From the NCBI GenBank assembly GCA_964350945.1, contig CAYGLF010000004.1, positions 1,976 to 65,975 of the forward strand: 64,000 bases of DNA, written 5' to 3'. The notes under the pieces were generated by a model. That model was not told the DNA's origin and searched no databases. It worked only from the letters and a program-made list of their open reading frames with translations. Of this stretch, positions 25,981-35,580 are shown piece by piece. The position numbers were made by a program, and so were the translations under genes. This DNA comes from an uncultured bacterium (lineage in GTDB: Bacteria > Chlamydiota > Chlamydiia > Chlamydiales > JAAZZY01). Each line of letters opens with the position of its first letter. The first letter of the stretch is position 1.

Positions 25981-27479
25981 CTCGCACTTCCTTGGTGATT
26001 ATTGATATGCTGATCTAGATCAACAAGCACCGCTTTTAGTCGCACTAAAAGCTCATTATAGACAATCGCTTTTTCAATACTTTGATTTGAGCTCTTCAGC
26101 ACTGTTTTATACTTATCTAAAGCCTGCTTTAGTGTTTTTCTAAAACCTTCAATTTCTAAAGAAAGCTCCTCTAGATCAATACGCTCATTAATTTCTTCGA
26201 AGAGCTTTTGCGCTTGGGTCTCTTTGAGTTCAAAGAGACTTTGATCGATGTCAGCCTGCGAAGACTCGTGGATTTTAGAACTATCATAGTGGGATAGAAG
26301 CGATTTAATCTGACTATCAATGGTAATATAGTCCCACTGACTAAGGTGCTCTTTAATATGAGAGATTTCACTTTTTATGCCATCGATATACTCTTCCTCT
26401 GCTGAAGAGAATTTTTTGTCATCATCGAGCTCTATCAACTGCTCTTCGAGCTGATTTTTTTGAAAGCGAAGCAGATCTTGCTGCTTAATTTCGGAACTTA
26501 GCTTGGCAAGCTGCCCATTAAAGCTCTCTTTTTTTAACTGTTCCTTCTGATCTTTAAGGGCCGTTATTTTTTCCAAAAGACCCTGATGATTTTCATCGCA
26601 GACTTTACGCTGAGCATCTTTTTGTTTTTTCTGCTCTTTTTCATAAACTTTTATTTTATCCCAACACTCGCTTAATACTTGGCGGGTTTGAGAAAATGAC
26701 TGAACATTTAAAGAAATAATCTTGGCAAAGGTTTGCAAAAGTTTAATCTGCTCTTTAAGATGAAAGAGAGAGCCTACATTCTCTAGAGAGCTAAAGTTCA
26801 CTTTTACAAAAAACTGGATGTCTTGAGTGTAAATTTCACTAATAACATTTAAAATCTCACGCTTAGGAGGAAATACTTGGTCTCCAAGTTGATGCACTTG
26901 ATCTAAGATTTCCTGTTTTTTTTTAAATGATATATCTAAACTCAATATTTCTTTTTTTAAGCTATTTAATCGCTTTGCGTAGGCCGAGTAAACGTTTAAT
27001 TTTTTTTGTGAGCTAATATACTCTGCTTTATTCTTCTGCAGACATCCACACTTAGGAATTGTAATTTCTGGTTCATTTTTTACTAGAATATCCACTTTCT
27101 TAAGATCAGCCTCTATAGAGGTCAAGGCATCTTCAATCTGCTCTTTTTCAAAAGCGCTTTTTTCATCCATTAACTGCTTTAATTTAACGATCTCATCAAC
27201 CACCTGACAGTAATTTTTCCATAGAATAAGACGTTTAGAAACAGCAATAGTTCCTTTGAAGTGCTCTAAACAAAACGTGCGCATCGTCCAAAAACGCGAG
27301 AGGGGATGGATTTCTCCATGAGAAAGTTGCAGTTGCATATATTCAAGCATTTTCTCAATTTTTTCATCGGCCTGTTCAAGCGTTGATAGCTGTTTGATGA
27401 AATCATCTACAGGTTGGGCTACAAGGCTGGTTAAAGAACTGTTTTCCATAAAAGCGTCTCTCTTGTTTTTCTTCAGCAT
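25977..27479 (-). CDS. Hypothetical coiled-coil protein
   Basis: 500 aa, rich in E/K/Q/L with heptad-like stretches throughout. No enzymatic motif. Its 3' end overlaps the ankyrin ORF end by 4 nt (convergent). Confidence 0.45.
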   Translation of the reverse strand: MLKKNKRDAFMENSSLTSLVAQPVDDFIKQLSTLEQADEKIEKMLEYMQLQLSHGEIHPLSRFWTMRTFCLEHFKGTIAVSKRLILWKNYCQVVDEIVKLKQLMDEKSAFEKEQIEDALTSIEADLKKVDILVKNEPEITIPKCGCLQKNKAEYISSQKKLNVYSAYAKRLNSLKKEILSLDISFKKKQEILDQVHQLGDQVFPPKREILNVISEIYTQDIQFFVKVNFSSLENVGSLFHLKEQIKLLQTFAKIISLNVQSFSQTRQVLSECWDKIKVYEKEQKKQKDAQRKVCDENHQGLLEKITALKDQKEQLKKESFNGQLAKLSSEIKQQDLLRFQKNQLEEQLIELDDDKKFSSAEEEYIDGIKSEISHIKEHLSQWDYITIDSQIKSLLSHYDSSKIHESSQADIDQSLFELKETQAQKLFEEINERIDLEELSLEIEGFRKTLKQALDKYKTVLKSSNQSIEKAIVYNELLVRLKAVLVDLDQHINNHQGSAS

Positions 27480-27506
27480 AGCTGATTTAGTTCGAAGCTT
27501 TCAAGA

Positions 27507-28550
27507 CTAATTACTGCTATCTCTACTTAAGTAGTCTCGAGAGATGAGATCTGCTGCTATCTCGTTGTCATGCAAGTCTAAATCTAACCACTTAAACTCT
27601 GTTTCCTTTCTAAACCAGGTAAACTGGCGCTTTGCATAGCGCCTGGTGGCCCTCTTGAAATGCTGCTTAAACTCTTCGTAGTCTTCTGCTGTTTGCTCTG
27701 TTTTTAAAAATTCAAGGCATTGACGATACCCAATTGCACTCGCTAGAGTTTTATTTTTTTCAAATCCCGCTTCTTTTAAACGGGCCACTTCGTCAATCAG
27801 TCCATTTTTAAGCATCAATTCACAGCGGTCATCAATGCGTGAATAAATATTTTCTCGTGGACGAAACAAAAACCAACATCTAAAATCAAAATGAACAGGT
27901 GAATTCTTGTTATTCCAGGGGAGGTTGCTCACTTTATCTTGAGTCAATGTAATGATTTCAAGGGCGCGCACAATTTTAGCTTTATCGTGCGTCGTAATGG
28001 TCGCTGCATATTCAGGGTCTAATTGCTCCAAGCGATCATACATTGCTTCAGGGCTAAACTTCTCCATTTCATTTTCAAGACTTTGCCTTAATTCTGGCTG
28101 TGAGGGAGGACCCGGAGGGGGGCCATATAGGAGAACGTGTAAATAAAAACCTGTTCCCCCTGTAACTATCGGGACTTTATTACGAGATAAAATGGATTCA
28201 CAGGCTAACTGTGCTTCATGAAAAAAATCAACAACTGTAAAAGGTTTATGAATTTCACAAATATCAATCAGATGATGCGGGATTTGCTCACGTTCTTCAA
28301 GGGTAACTTTTGCCGTCCCCACATCCATATCTCTATAAATTTGCATTGAGTCAGCATTAACAATTTCGCCGCCCATCTCTCTAGCAAGCTTTAGAGAGAG
28401 ATTCGTTTTTCCAACCCCTGTAGGTCCGGCGAGTACGATGACTTTTTTTGAAGAAGCATTACTAGAAATAGGCACTTTCTCCAACTTAGGCTGGTAGACA
28501 TCTTTTAAAAGCTGCTTAAACTTTTCGTCATCTAATCTCGTACGCGTCAC
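27507..28550 (-). CDS. miaA: tRNA dimethylallyltransferase
   Basis: 347 aa. P-loop LAGPTGVGKT, SMQIYRDMDVGTAK, GGTGFYL motifs. Confidence 0.9.
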   Translation of the reverse strand: MTRTRLDDEKFKQLLKDVYQPKLEKVPISSNASSKKVIVLAGPTGVGKTNLSLKLAREMGGEIVNADSMQIYRDMDVGTAKVTLEEREQIPHHLIDICEIHKPFTVVDFFHEAQLACESILSRNKVPIVTGGTGFYLHVLLYGPPPGPPSQPELRQSLENEMEKFSPEAMYDRLEQLDPEYAATITTHDKAKIVRALEIITLTQDKVSNLPWNNKNSPVHFDFRCWFLFRPRENIYSRIDDRCELMLKNGLIDEVARLKEAGFEKNKTLASAIGYRQCLEFLKTEQTAEDYEEFKQHFKRATRRYAKRQFTWFRKETEFKWLDLDLHDNEIAADLISRDYLSRDSSN

Positions 28551-28642
28551 ACTAAAAAAACCCCTTTTTAAGACACAAAACTAACATAATTATGTTTATC
28601 ATCAAACCATATATATTATTTAAAAAGTTTCAAGGATTAAAC

Positions 28643-28679
28643 AAAAAAAAAGACCTTAGAATCAACTAAGGTCTTTTTT
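28643..28679 (-). terminator. Rho-independent (bidirectional-type) terminator downstream of the RRM protein gene
   Basis: Stem agacctta (28651-28658) / taaggtct (28667-28674) with an 8-nt loop. Flanked by an A8 run (28643-28650) and a T5 run (28675-28679). Confidence 0.6.
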
Positions 28680-28716
28680 AAAATGAAGTGAAATACAAGA
28701 TGTATTTCAAAACTCT

Positions 28717-29043
28717 TTAATCGCGTCTTCCGCCAGCTCCACGAAATCCACCACCGCTACGGAATCCACCGCCGCCGCCACCGCCACTACGGTTTTCTCT
28801 AGGGCGAGCAATGTTCACTGTTAGGGGACGTCCGCCAACTTCTTGACCATTTAATGCGTCAATAGCAGCTTGTGCTTCGTCTTCAGATCCCATTTCAACG
28901 AATCCGAATCCCTTCGAACGACGAGTTTCTCGATCTACGATGACTTGTGCCGAAACAACCGAACCGTGAGGTTCAAAAATACCTTGTAACTCGCTGTCGG
29001 TTACTTCATGTGGTAAATTTCCGACGTATAACTTCTTTGCCAT
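28717..29043 (-). CDS. RRM-type RNA-binding protein with a glycine/arginine-rich tail
   Basis: RNP2 (KLYVGNL) and RNP1 (KGFGFVEM) motifs. C-terminal RSGGGGGGGFRSGGGFRGAGGRRD. The preferred start is the ATG at 29043, preceded by GGAGG; the upstream extension in the ORF track to 29088 is unlikely. Confidence 0.85.
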   Translation of the reverse strand: MAKKLYVGNLPHEVTDSELQGIFEPHGSVVSAQVIVDRETRRSKGFGFVEMGSEDEAQAAIDALNGQEVGGRPLTVNIARPRENRSGGGGGGGFRSGGGFRGAGGRRD

Positions 29044-29277
29044 AATCTGGCCTCCTACTAAAATAAAATAACATGCATCGCAAACCAATCAAAATTAACT
29101 GCGTCACACAAAAAAATTCATACAACATCCAAATTCTATTGTAGAAAGAATCAGATCCAGTCTACGGTTTAAAATTTGAACACGACCATTATACTCATGG
29201 AGGAAAATAATTTCCTATTAAATTCTTTTATAGTTTTAATTAACAGGCAGATTAAAAATATTTTTAGTTATTTAATA

Positions 29278-29586
29278 CTAAGAAACAGCGCCTTTTACCC
29301 AATTAAAATAGTTTTTACTGACCTGATCGATTGAAATTTGGGTGATTTCAGAAATTTCATAGGAGCCATTCTCCTGTAAATAACGCTCTATTTTTTCAAA
29401 AAAACCAATCATGGTTTTAAAAATAACTTTAACTTCAGACTCACTTTGAAGAGCCCCTTCCCAATAATAAAATGACTGAACATTAGGGAGGATACTTGCG
29501 CAGGCAATCCACTTTTTCTCAAGCAAAGCTTGAATCAGCTTTTGTGCCTCCACAGAAGTTTTTGTTGTCCAAAAAATATAAATCAT
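29278..29586 (-). CDS. cutA: CutA1 divalent-cation tolerance protein
   Basis: 102 aa. ACASILPNVQSFYYWEGALQSESEVKVIFKT matches the CutA1 core. 4-nt overlap with the upstream ORF. Confidence 0.8.
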   Translation of the reverse strand: MIYIFWTTKTSVEAQKLIQALLEKKWIACASILPNVQSFYYWEGALQSESEVKVIFKTMIGFFEKIERYLQENGSYEISEITQISIDQVSKNYFNWVKGAVS

Positions 29587-30407
29587 AGCTCCTCTATGGG
29601 CGTTAAATAGGCATCGGGAAGCAGCCTTAAATCAATCACTAAATCTTGACTCAGACTTAATTTTTTCAGAGTTAAATAATGTTCAATTCCTTGGATGTAA
29701 TCATCCGAATTGAGGCGCAAAAAGTGTTGGTATTGTTTTTCTCCAAATGTCTCGTGCACTACAACAATAATTTCTCTTTTACCTAGGCTCTGAGCTCTAA
29801 TTAAAGAAGTGTCAATTTTTTCTAATTTAAGATCTTTATTTTTGATGCTTTGAAAAAAGCGTAGGATTTCTTTGGCAACGTCCCATTTAGAGTCCTCTAG
29901 TTGACCACTTTCAAAAGGTTCAATTTGGATACCTAGATAAACTTTAGGAAGCACTTTGGGGGTGTAGTAAGGTAATAAAGGAAACACGACCCCATTGTTA
30001 TCAATCACTAAATTTAGATAGTCAGAGAGATATGCTACTGGATCTCTTGCGACGTAGTCTACTAAAAGAGTATTTTCGGGTTCTCTGATGAGTTTAACTT
30101 TCTCAAAAAGAACACTTTGCATCAGTAAATTTTCTCCATCAGTTAAAGAATAAGCAAATAAATTATGGGGGTTGTCAGATGAAAGCTGGAGCAATTCTTC
30201 GAGGTGCGCTGTTTTAAGAGCTTCTTTCACTGGGCCTGTTTGCGCGAGATATTGAATTTCATAAGCTGCACTATTATGGCTCATTTGCTGACGTTTTTCT
30301 CCGGCCCGCACATAGAGGAAAGGAATTCCGCAAAAAATTAGTATAGAAAGCCCTATATAAGTAAATGCAAGCCGAAGTGATATTTTATTGGGGGGTAACA
30401 TTTTCAA
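29583..30407 (-). CDS. FtsQ-like bitopic division protein (POTRA-like)
   Basis: 274 aa with a single N-terminal TM (LAFTYIGLSILIFCGIPFLYV). The periplasmic part has a POTRA-like pattern (IQYLAQTG...LIREPENTLLVDYVARDPVAYL). It occupies the ftsQ slot directly after murC-ddl. Confidence 0.5.
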   Translation of the reverse strand: MKMLPPNKISLRLAFTYIGLSILIFCGIPFLYVRAGEKRQQMSHNSAAYEIQYLAQTGPVKEALKTAHLEELLQLSSDNPHNLFAYSLTDGENLLMQSVLFEKVKLIREPENTLLVDYVARDPVAYLSDYLNLVIDNNGVVFPLLPYYTPKVLPKVYLGIQIEPFESGQLEDSKWDVAKEILRFFQSIKNKDLKLEKIDTSLIRAQSLGKREIIVVVHETFGEKQYQHFLRLNSDDYIQGIEHYLTLKKLSLSQDLVIDLRLLPDAYLTPIEEL

Positions 30408-32763
30408 TAGTTTTTAAAAATTTTTTGATCTGAATAGACTTTCTAAGTTCTTTCCGATGTCGATGCATCCCTTGGATCAGCATTTGATTCACAATTTCTT
30501 CGCTACAGAGACCAGAAGCTTGAAGTGTTCTTTGAAACAAACTTCTTGGGGTCGTTCCAGGCAAGGTGTTCACTTCTGCAAAAATCAGCCTTTGATTATG
30601 GGTTAAAAAAAAGTCGATTCGAGCATAGCTTTTCAGCTGCATAGCCTCATAAATTTGCAAAGCTAAAGCCCTGCTTTTCTCTGTAACCTCTGGGCTTAAG
30701 TCTGCTTGCACCACTTTTTCAATAGGATTTTGGCTATACTTTGCCACATAGTCATAGGCGCGACTTTCACTCTTGACTTCTCCTGGGTGCGTAACGACCA
30801 CACCATCTTCGGTTTCTAAGCAGGCTATTTCTAACTCTCTTGCTTGAATCCTCTCTTCAATAATAACCTCTTTATCCAATTCAAATGCTTGATCAATTGC
30901 GGCTTTTAAACTCGCTCTATCTTTAGCAAACGCAACCCCTATGGTTGAGCCGAGTGAGGCAGGTTTGATGACCATGGGATATGTTAACTTTGCCTGCGCA
31001 TTGTCCAACCATTTTATTGAATCTTCCTGCCATTGGCTTTGATTGAAAAAAAGACCGTCCGCGACCTCAACACCAAGCCCTTTAACAAAATGCTTCATCC
31101 ATATTTTATTCATATTCAAACTACTGACTTCATAGGAAGGCCCTGTAAAAGGTTTTTTTAACGCTGTCAAAAAACCTTGAATCATTCCATCTTCACCCTG
31201 CCGTCCATGAAGTGCAGGAATCAGCACATCACAAGCTAAAATGTCCTCTATAGAGTAGCTCCAATTTCCATCTGGGTCTTGGAAAAAGTCATGGGCCTTG
31301 ATATGGTCTTGCAAGCAAGCTTGTTGATAGAACTTTGCTGATATTAAAGAGATATGGTGTTCATAAGACTGGAAGCCAGACAAGATTCCCACCTTAAGGT
31401 GTACGGGGGTTTCTTCAAGAGCTTTTAGCGCTTGTGGGCCAAAATGGGTGATATCTCCAGCTCCAAGAGTCACCAATACATCAAAAGGCTTAATATGAGC
31501 TTTGAAATAATCTAAGAGCTCTTCATTTTTTACATAAACAGTGTGGACTTGAGAAGCTTCTGCTATACGCTTTGCGTACTCTTCTAAAGAAAATAGCTCT
31601 GTAGTCGATTCGTTAGCAACATACACATCAGTTAACCAAACTTCTGAAGCCTGCGAAAAAGCCGCCGCAAATTCCTCTTGTAGAGGGATAAGCCTCGAGG
31701 CTCTATGCGGTTGAAATAAAGCAATTCGTCTTCTTTTTTCAAAAGCATTGGCAAATCCTTGGAGAACACATTGAATTTCTGTGGGATGGTGGGCATAGTC
31801 ATCATAAAGCATTACTTTAGATGCTTCTCCTATTTTTTGCGCCCTCCTTTTCACTCCTTGAAAAGTTAAAAAAGCACGGCGAATATCTTCCTCTGTAACT
31901 CCCAGCTGCAAAGCCATTCCCCAAACTGCTGCCGCATTTAAAATATTGTGCCTTCCAATCATTGCAAGCTCAACATCTGCATAACTTCTCCCTTTGAAAT
32001 GGAGATCAAAAACACAATTTTCTTTACCCTGACGAGCTTTTGAAATTACAAGATTCGATTGGTCATCAAACCCGTAGCTCCACCCCGGAGGATTCATCAC
32101 TTTTAGCTGCGGGCAATCAGCACACCAAACTAAAAGGTCTTTATTTTTCACCTGCTTCACAAATGCTAAAAAGGTTTCTTGGACGTGGTTGAGATCTCGA
32201 TAATAATTGAGGTGGTCCAGCTCGATATTTGTAATAACAGCCCCCTCTGGATGGTATTTTAAAAAGGAACCATCACTCTCATCAGCCTCCACAACCATGG
32301 TTGAATTTTCACCAAGCTGAGCATTGATCCCTCGACCTGCCATTAAGCCTCCCAGGATAAAGGAGGGGGAGCGTTTAGCTGAGACAAGCACGTGTGAGAG
32401 CAGAGCTGAAGTCGTCGTCTTCCCATGAGTACCGGCTATGGCAATTGCTTCTTGTGACTGCATCAAATATGCTAGGAGGTCTGAGCGATGCCAAAGGGCA
32501 CAACCAAGCTTTTTAGCTTTTTCTATTTCAGGATTCGATGCATCAATAGCTGTGCTATAGATCACCGTTGACATTTGATCACTTATATTTGAGGCTAAAT
32601 GTTTGTCATAGACCACAGCTCCTTCCGATGCCAGCTCTTTGACCAATGGGCTCATAAAGCAATCACTTCCTGAAACACGCCTATTTTGCGCCAACAAAAA
32701 CCGTGCACATCCGCTCATGCCAATGCCACCAATTCCTATAAAGTGAAAATGCTCATCCTTCAT
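30385..32763 (-). CDS. murC: Fused UDP-N-acetylmuramate--L-alanine ligase / D-alanine--D-alanine ligase
   Basis: 792 aa. The N-terminal half is MurC (HFIGIGGIGMSG; GTHGKTTT). The C-terminal half is Ddl with an ATP-grasp fold (HGRQGEDGMIQGFL...; ARIDFFL...FAEVNTLPG). Confidence 0.9.
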   Translation of the reverse strand: MKDEHFHFIGIGGIGMSGCARFLLAQNRRVSGSDCFMSPLVKELASEGAVVYDKHLASNISDQMSTVIYSTAIDASNPEIEKAKKLGCALWHRSDLLAYLMQSQEAIAIAGTHGKTTTSALLSHVLVSAKRSPSFILGGLMAGRGINAQLGENSTMVVEADESDGSFLKYHPEGAVITNIELDHLNYYRDLNHVQETFLAFVKQVKNKDLLVWCADCPQLKVMNPPGWSYGFDDQSNLVISKARQGKENCVFDLHFKGRSYADVELAMIGRHNILNAAAVWGMALQLGVTEEDIRRAFLTFQGVKRRAQKIGEASKVMLYDDYAHHPTEIQCVLQGFANAFEKRRRIALFQPHRASRLIPLQEEFAAAFSQASEVWLTDVYVANESTTELFSLEEYAKRIAEASQVHTVYVKNEELLDYFKAHIKPFDVLVTLGAGDITHFGPQALKALEETPVHLKVGILSGFQSYEHHISLISAKFYQQACLQDHIKAHDFFQDPDGNWSYSIEDILACDVLIPALHGRQGEDGMIQGFLTALKKPFTGPSYEVSSLNMNKIWMKHFVKGLGVEVADGLFFNQSQWQEDSIKWLDNAQAKLTYPMVIKPASLGSTIGVAFAKDRASLKAAIDQAFELDKEVIIEERIQARELEIACLETEDGVVVTHPGEVKSESRAYDYVAKYSQNPIEKVVQADLSPEVTEKSRALALQIYEAMQLKSYARIDFFLTHNQRLIFAEVNTLPGTTPRSLFQRTLQASGLCSEEIVNQMLIQGMHRHRKELRKSIQIKKFLKTIENVTPQ

Positions 32764-33842
32764 ATCAGCTCTAAATCATTTTGAATAATCTTAGCACAAT
32801 TACCAGCTAAAGAATCTCTTTTGTAACTTTTGATATTATCTATATATTGTTGTATATTTTCATCCTTAAAAAACTCTACTAAAAGACTTGTAAAATGGTT
32901 TTCTTTAAGGCCTTTCTCGTAAACTGTCACGCCACCTTTCACATGATTCTGGACAAAAGAGGCATTGTCATTTTGATGGGCTTGTGCGTGGGGGTATGGG
33001 ATTAAAATAGCGGGCAGTTCAAGCTCTATCATTTCAGAAAGAGTAGAGGCTCCCGCTCGACTAATCATAAAGTTACTTGCCCTCATTAAGACATGGATAT
33101 TAGGATTGAAATTTTGCACAATGGCTCCAATATTCGCCTTAAGATAAGCCTGTTTAATAGCTAGAATGTCATCATGAAAACCGGCCAAGTGAATCACTTG
33201 AAAAGAAGTCTCTTTCAACATAGGGAAGCACTTGACTGCAAGTTGATTAATTGTTTGAGCCCCCTGAGACCCCCCACATACTAATACTGTTTTAAGGTAA
33301 GGGTTTAAGCTCAGGGAAGCTCGAGCTTCTTGTTGAGTTAGCCCCTCTTTTTTTTCAAACTTTAGGGGCATTTTTACATAGACACTTTTGTGAAGATATG
33401 GAGAAGTTACCGTTGGGAAACTGATGAAAATTTTGGTTGCAAATCTCGCAAAGAATTGGTTGACTCTCCCTACTTTTATATTTTGCTCATGAATATAGAG
33501 TTTTTTTCTCATTAATCGGACTGCTAAAAGAGTTGGAAAGGTATGGAAACTACCAAATCCAATCACCATATGTGGGCGATATTTAAGTAGCACATAGATG
33601 CTTTTTACAAATCCCTTTACAGTATTTATACAAAAGCGAAAAAAGTTTTTTAGTGAGATGGGGGCAGCAGAGACCTCCACATATGAAAAAGAGGCTGTAT
33701 CGAACCATTTATTTTTTGAAAGCCCTCCTCCAATGAATAGAACATCCATTGAGTCATTTTCAAGAAGAGTCTTGGCAAGGGACTGCGCCGGGAAAAGGTG
33801 TCCGCCTGTCCCTCCTGTCACCACTAAAATCCTCCTCTTCAT
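32760..33842 (-). CDS. murG: UDP-N-acetylglucosamine--LipidI N-acetylglucosamine transferase
   Basis: 360 aa. GGTGGHLFPA N-terminal motif, GGSQGA, SRAGASTLSE. Confidence 0.9.
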   Translation of the reverse strand: MKRRILVVTGGTGGHLFPAQSLAKTLLENDSMDVLFIGGGLSKNKWFDTASFSYVEVSAAPISLKNFFRFCINTVKGFVKSIYVLLKYRPHMVIGFGSFHTFPTLLAVRLMRKKLYIHEQNIKVGRVNQFFARFATKIFISFPTVTSPYLHKSVYVKMPLKFEKKEGLTQQEARASLSLNPYLKTVLVCGGSQGAQTINQLAVKCFPMLKETSFQVIHLAGFHDDILAIKQAYLKANIGAIVQNFNPNIHVLMRASNFMISRAGASTLSEMIELELPAILIPYPHAQAHQNDNASFVQNHVKGGVTVYEKGLKENHFTSLLVEFFKDENIQQYIDNIKSYKRDSLAGNCAKIIQNDLELI

Positions 33843-34957
33843 ACATCCCCTCGATAAGGAAGTGCCCGAGTGGCAACATCCATCAAAAGAGTGACTGCGA
33901 TCATATTTGCCAATAAAGAGCTCCCTCCTTGGCTAAAATAAGGGAGATTAAGCCCTGTACTCGGTAAAAAACCTGAGACCACTGCTAAATTTAAAAATGC
34001 TTGTAAGCAAATTGAAAAAGTTAATGCCGCTGCCAAAACAGCTCCCTGAGAGTGCATGGTTTTTAAAGCGATCGAGAAACCTAGAAAGCCAACAAGCATA
34101 TATAGAGAAATCAATAAATAAATTCCTACAAAACCGAGCTCCTCGGCAAAAATTGCTGCAATATAATCATTTTGAGCTTCGGGAAGATAGCTACTTTTTT
34201 GAATACTTTTACCCAAACCCTTTCCCAAAACACCCCCTGAGCCCGTTGCAATCTTAGACTGAAAGGGTTGATGGCCTTTCCCTAGTAAGTCTTTTTCAGG
34301 ATGTAAATAACTCTGTATTCGAGCTTTGACATAAGGGACTTGAGTTGCTGCCACCACTCCAATGAGGGTAAAAACCAATAGAGGCCAAAGCCACCATTTG
34401 TAGGAAACACGGCTTAAAAAAAGCATCACCATGAAGGTCGCCCCTAGCGTTGCAGTAATGCCATTGGAAGGCTCAATTAAAACTAAAAAGATGGGAATAG
34501 CAATGATACAGAAAGTTTTCAATAAGTCGCGGTTGCTCATTGTTTTACTAAGCACATGGTGCACAAAGTAAAGAGGCATCACAATTTTAACAAATTCTGA
34601 TGGCTGGCCTACAAAACTACCAATGACAATCCATCGTCTCGAACCATTTACACAGCGTCCAATCCCTGGAATGAAAACCAAAAGAAGAGAGATGCATAAA
34701 AGCACTAACAACAGCGAGCTCATTTTCATCAGCTCATGGTAGCCGATCTTCCAAAAGCCAAAACAAATGATTAGGCCAACTGCAAAATTCAAGAGCTGGC
34801 GAACCATCGCCACATGCCTTTTATGGAAAAGGTGGTGCTCTAGAGCATCTGCTGAGCTTGCATTGAACACCATAATAACCCCAATCATAAAAATGAGGGG
34901 GATTACGATAAGCAAGCAAGAAACTTGCCAGGGCATTTTAGAGGAAGACAATCTCAT
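33839..34957 (-). CDS. ftsW: SEDS-family peptidoglycan glycosyltransferase FtsW/RodA
   Basis: 372 aa, about 9-10 TM segments. QPSEFVKI, LPEAQNDYIAAIFAEELG (PExHTDFIFA-like), GLNLPYFSQGGSS motifs. Located within the dcw cluster. Confidence 0.88.
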   Translation of the reverse strand: MRLSSSKMPWQVSCLLIVIPLIFMIGVIMVFNASSADALEHHLFHKRHVAMVRQLLNFAVGLIICFGFWKIGYHELMKMSSLLLVLLCISLLLVFIPGIGRCVNGSRRWIVIGSFVGQPSEFVKIVMPLYFVHHVLSKTMSNRDLLKTFCIIAIPIFLVLIEPSNGITATLGATFMVMLFLSRVSYKWWLWPLLVFTLIGVVAATQVPYVKARIQSYLHPEKDLLGKGHQPFQSKIATGSGGVLGKGLGKSIQKSSYLPEAQNDYIAAIFAEELGFVGIYLLISLYMLVGFLGFSIALKTMHSQGAVLAAALTFSICLQAFLNLAVVSGFLPSTGLNLPYFSQGGSSLLANMIAVTLLMDVATRALPYRGDV

Positions 34958-35580
34958 CAGCGGATAAACAACATATCACCTGGCTTTAAGTGCCTCGAGC
35001 TCTCTTTATCAAGGTGATTAATTTTTAGAAGATCATCGAGTTGCATTTTATTTTCATTGGCAATTTTCCAAGCTGTATCCCCTGTCTTTACCATGTACTG
35101 CTTGGTCGGTTTTTTAGGTTGCTCAGCGCCCGAATGGTTGTTTGCAGGAATGCGAAGGACCTGCCCAATTCGAAGTTGGGTTGTCTTAAGGTCATTTAAA
35201 CTCATTATTTCTGGTACTGAAACATTGTTTTCTCGTCCTATTCTCTCTAAATAGTCCCCACTTTTGACTGTCACTTCTGTATATTTTTGAGCCTTTACAA
35301 CAGGCGCGGATTTAATGATCGGAGGAGGCTGATGAACAGGTTCTTTAGCAACGGGAGGTTTTATAATGGTTTGCAAAGCTACGCTTTGTTCTAACTGCTT
35401 GGTAGCTTGAATTTGACTCTTGTCAATATCTTCAAAATGAATTTTCTTCACGGGTGGGGTTGCTGACTGCACCGAAACATGCTTTGGCTTATCTTTTGGA
35501 CCCAAAGAAGTTGCAAACAGCACCACTAGAAGGCAGGCGTTAATTAATACTGCAATAATAATGGTATCTCGACGGCTCAT
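34957..35580 (-). CDS. Membrane-anchored double-LysM protein (NlpD position, no M23 peptidase domain)
   Basis: 207 aa. N-terminal TM (IIIAVLINACLLVVLFA), Pro-rich linker, two LysM repeats (YTEVTVKSGDYLERIGRENNVSVPEIMSLNDL...GQVLRIP; YMVKTGDTAWKIANENKMQLDDLLKINHL...GDMLFI). Confidence 0.7.
   Translation of the reverse strand: MSRRDTIIIAVLINACLLVVLFATSLGPKDKPKHVSVQSATPPVKKIHFEDIDKSQIQATKQLEQSVALQTIIKPPVAKEPVHQPPPIIKSAPVVKAQKYTEVTVKSGDYLERIGRENNVSVPEIMSLNDLKTTQLRIGQVLRIPANNHSGAEQPKKPTKQYMVKTGDTAWKIANENKMQLDDLLKINHLDKESSRHLKPGDMLFIR

Noticed and set aside
29044-29088. 15-aa N-terminal extension of the RRM protein (MVCDACYFILVGGQI).
   Set aside because: The extension covers the GGAGG Shine-Dalgarno sequence that precedes the ATG at 29043. 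RRM proteins of this class start directly at M-x-K-L-Y-V-G-N-L.
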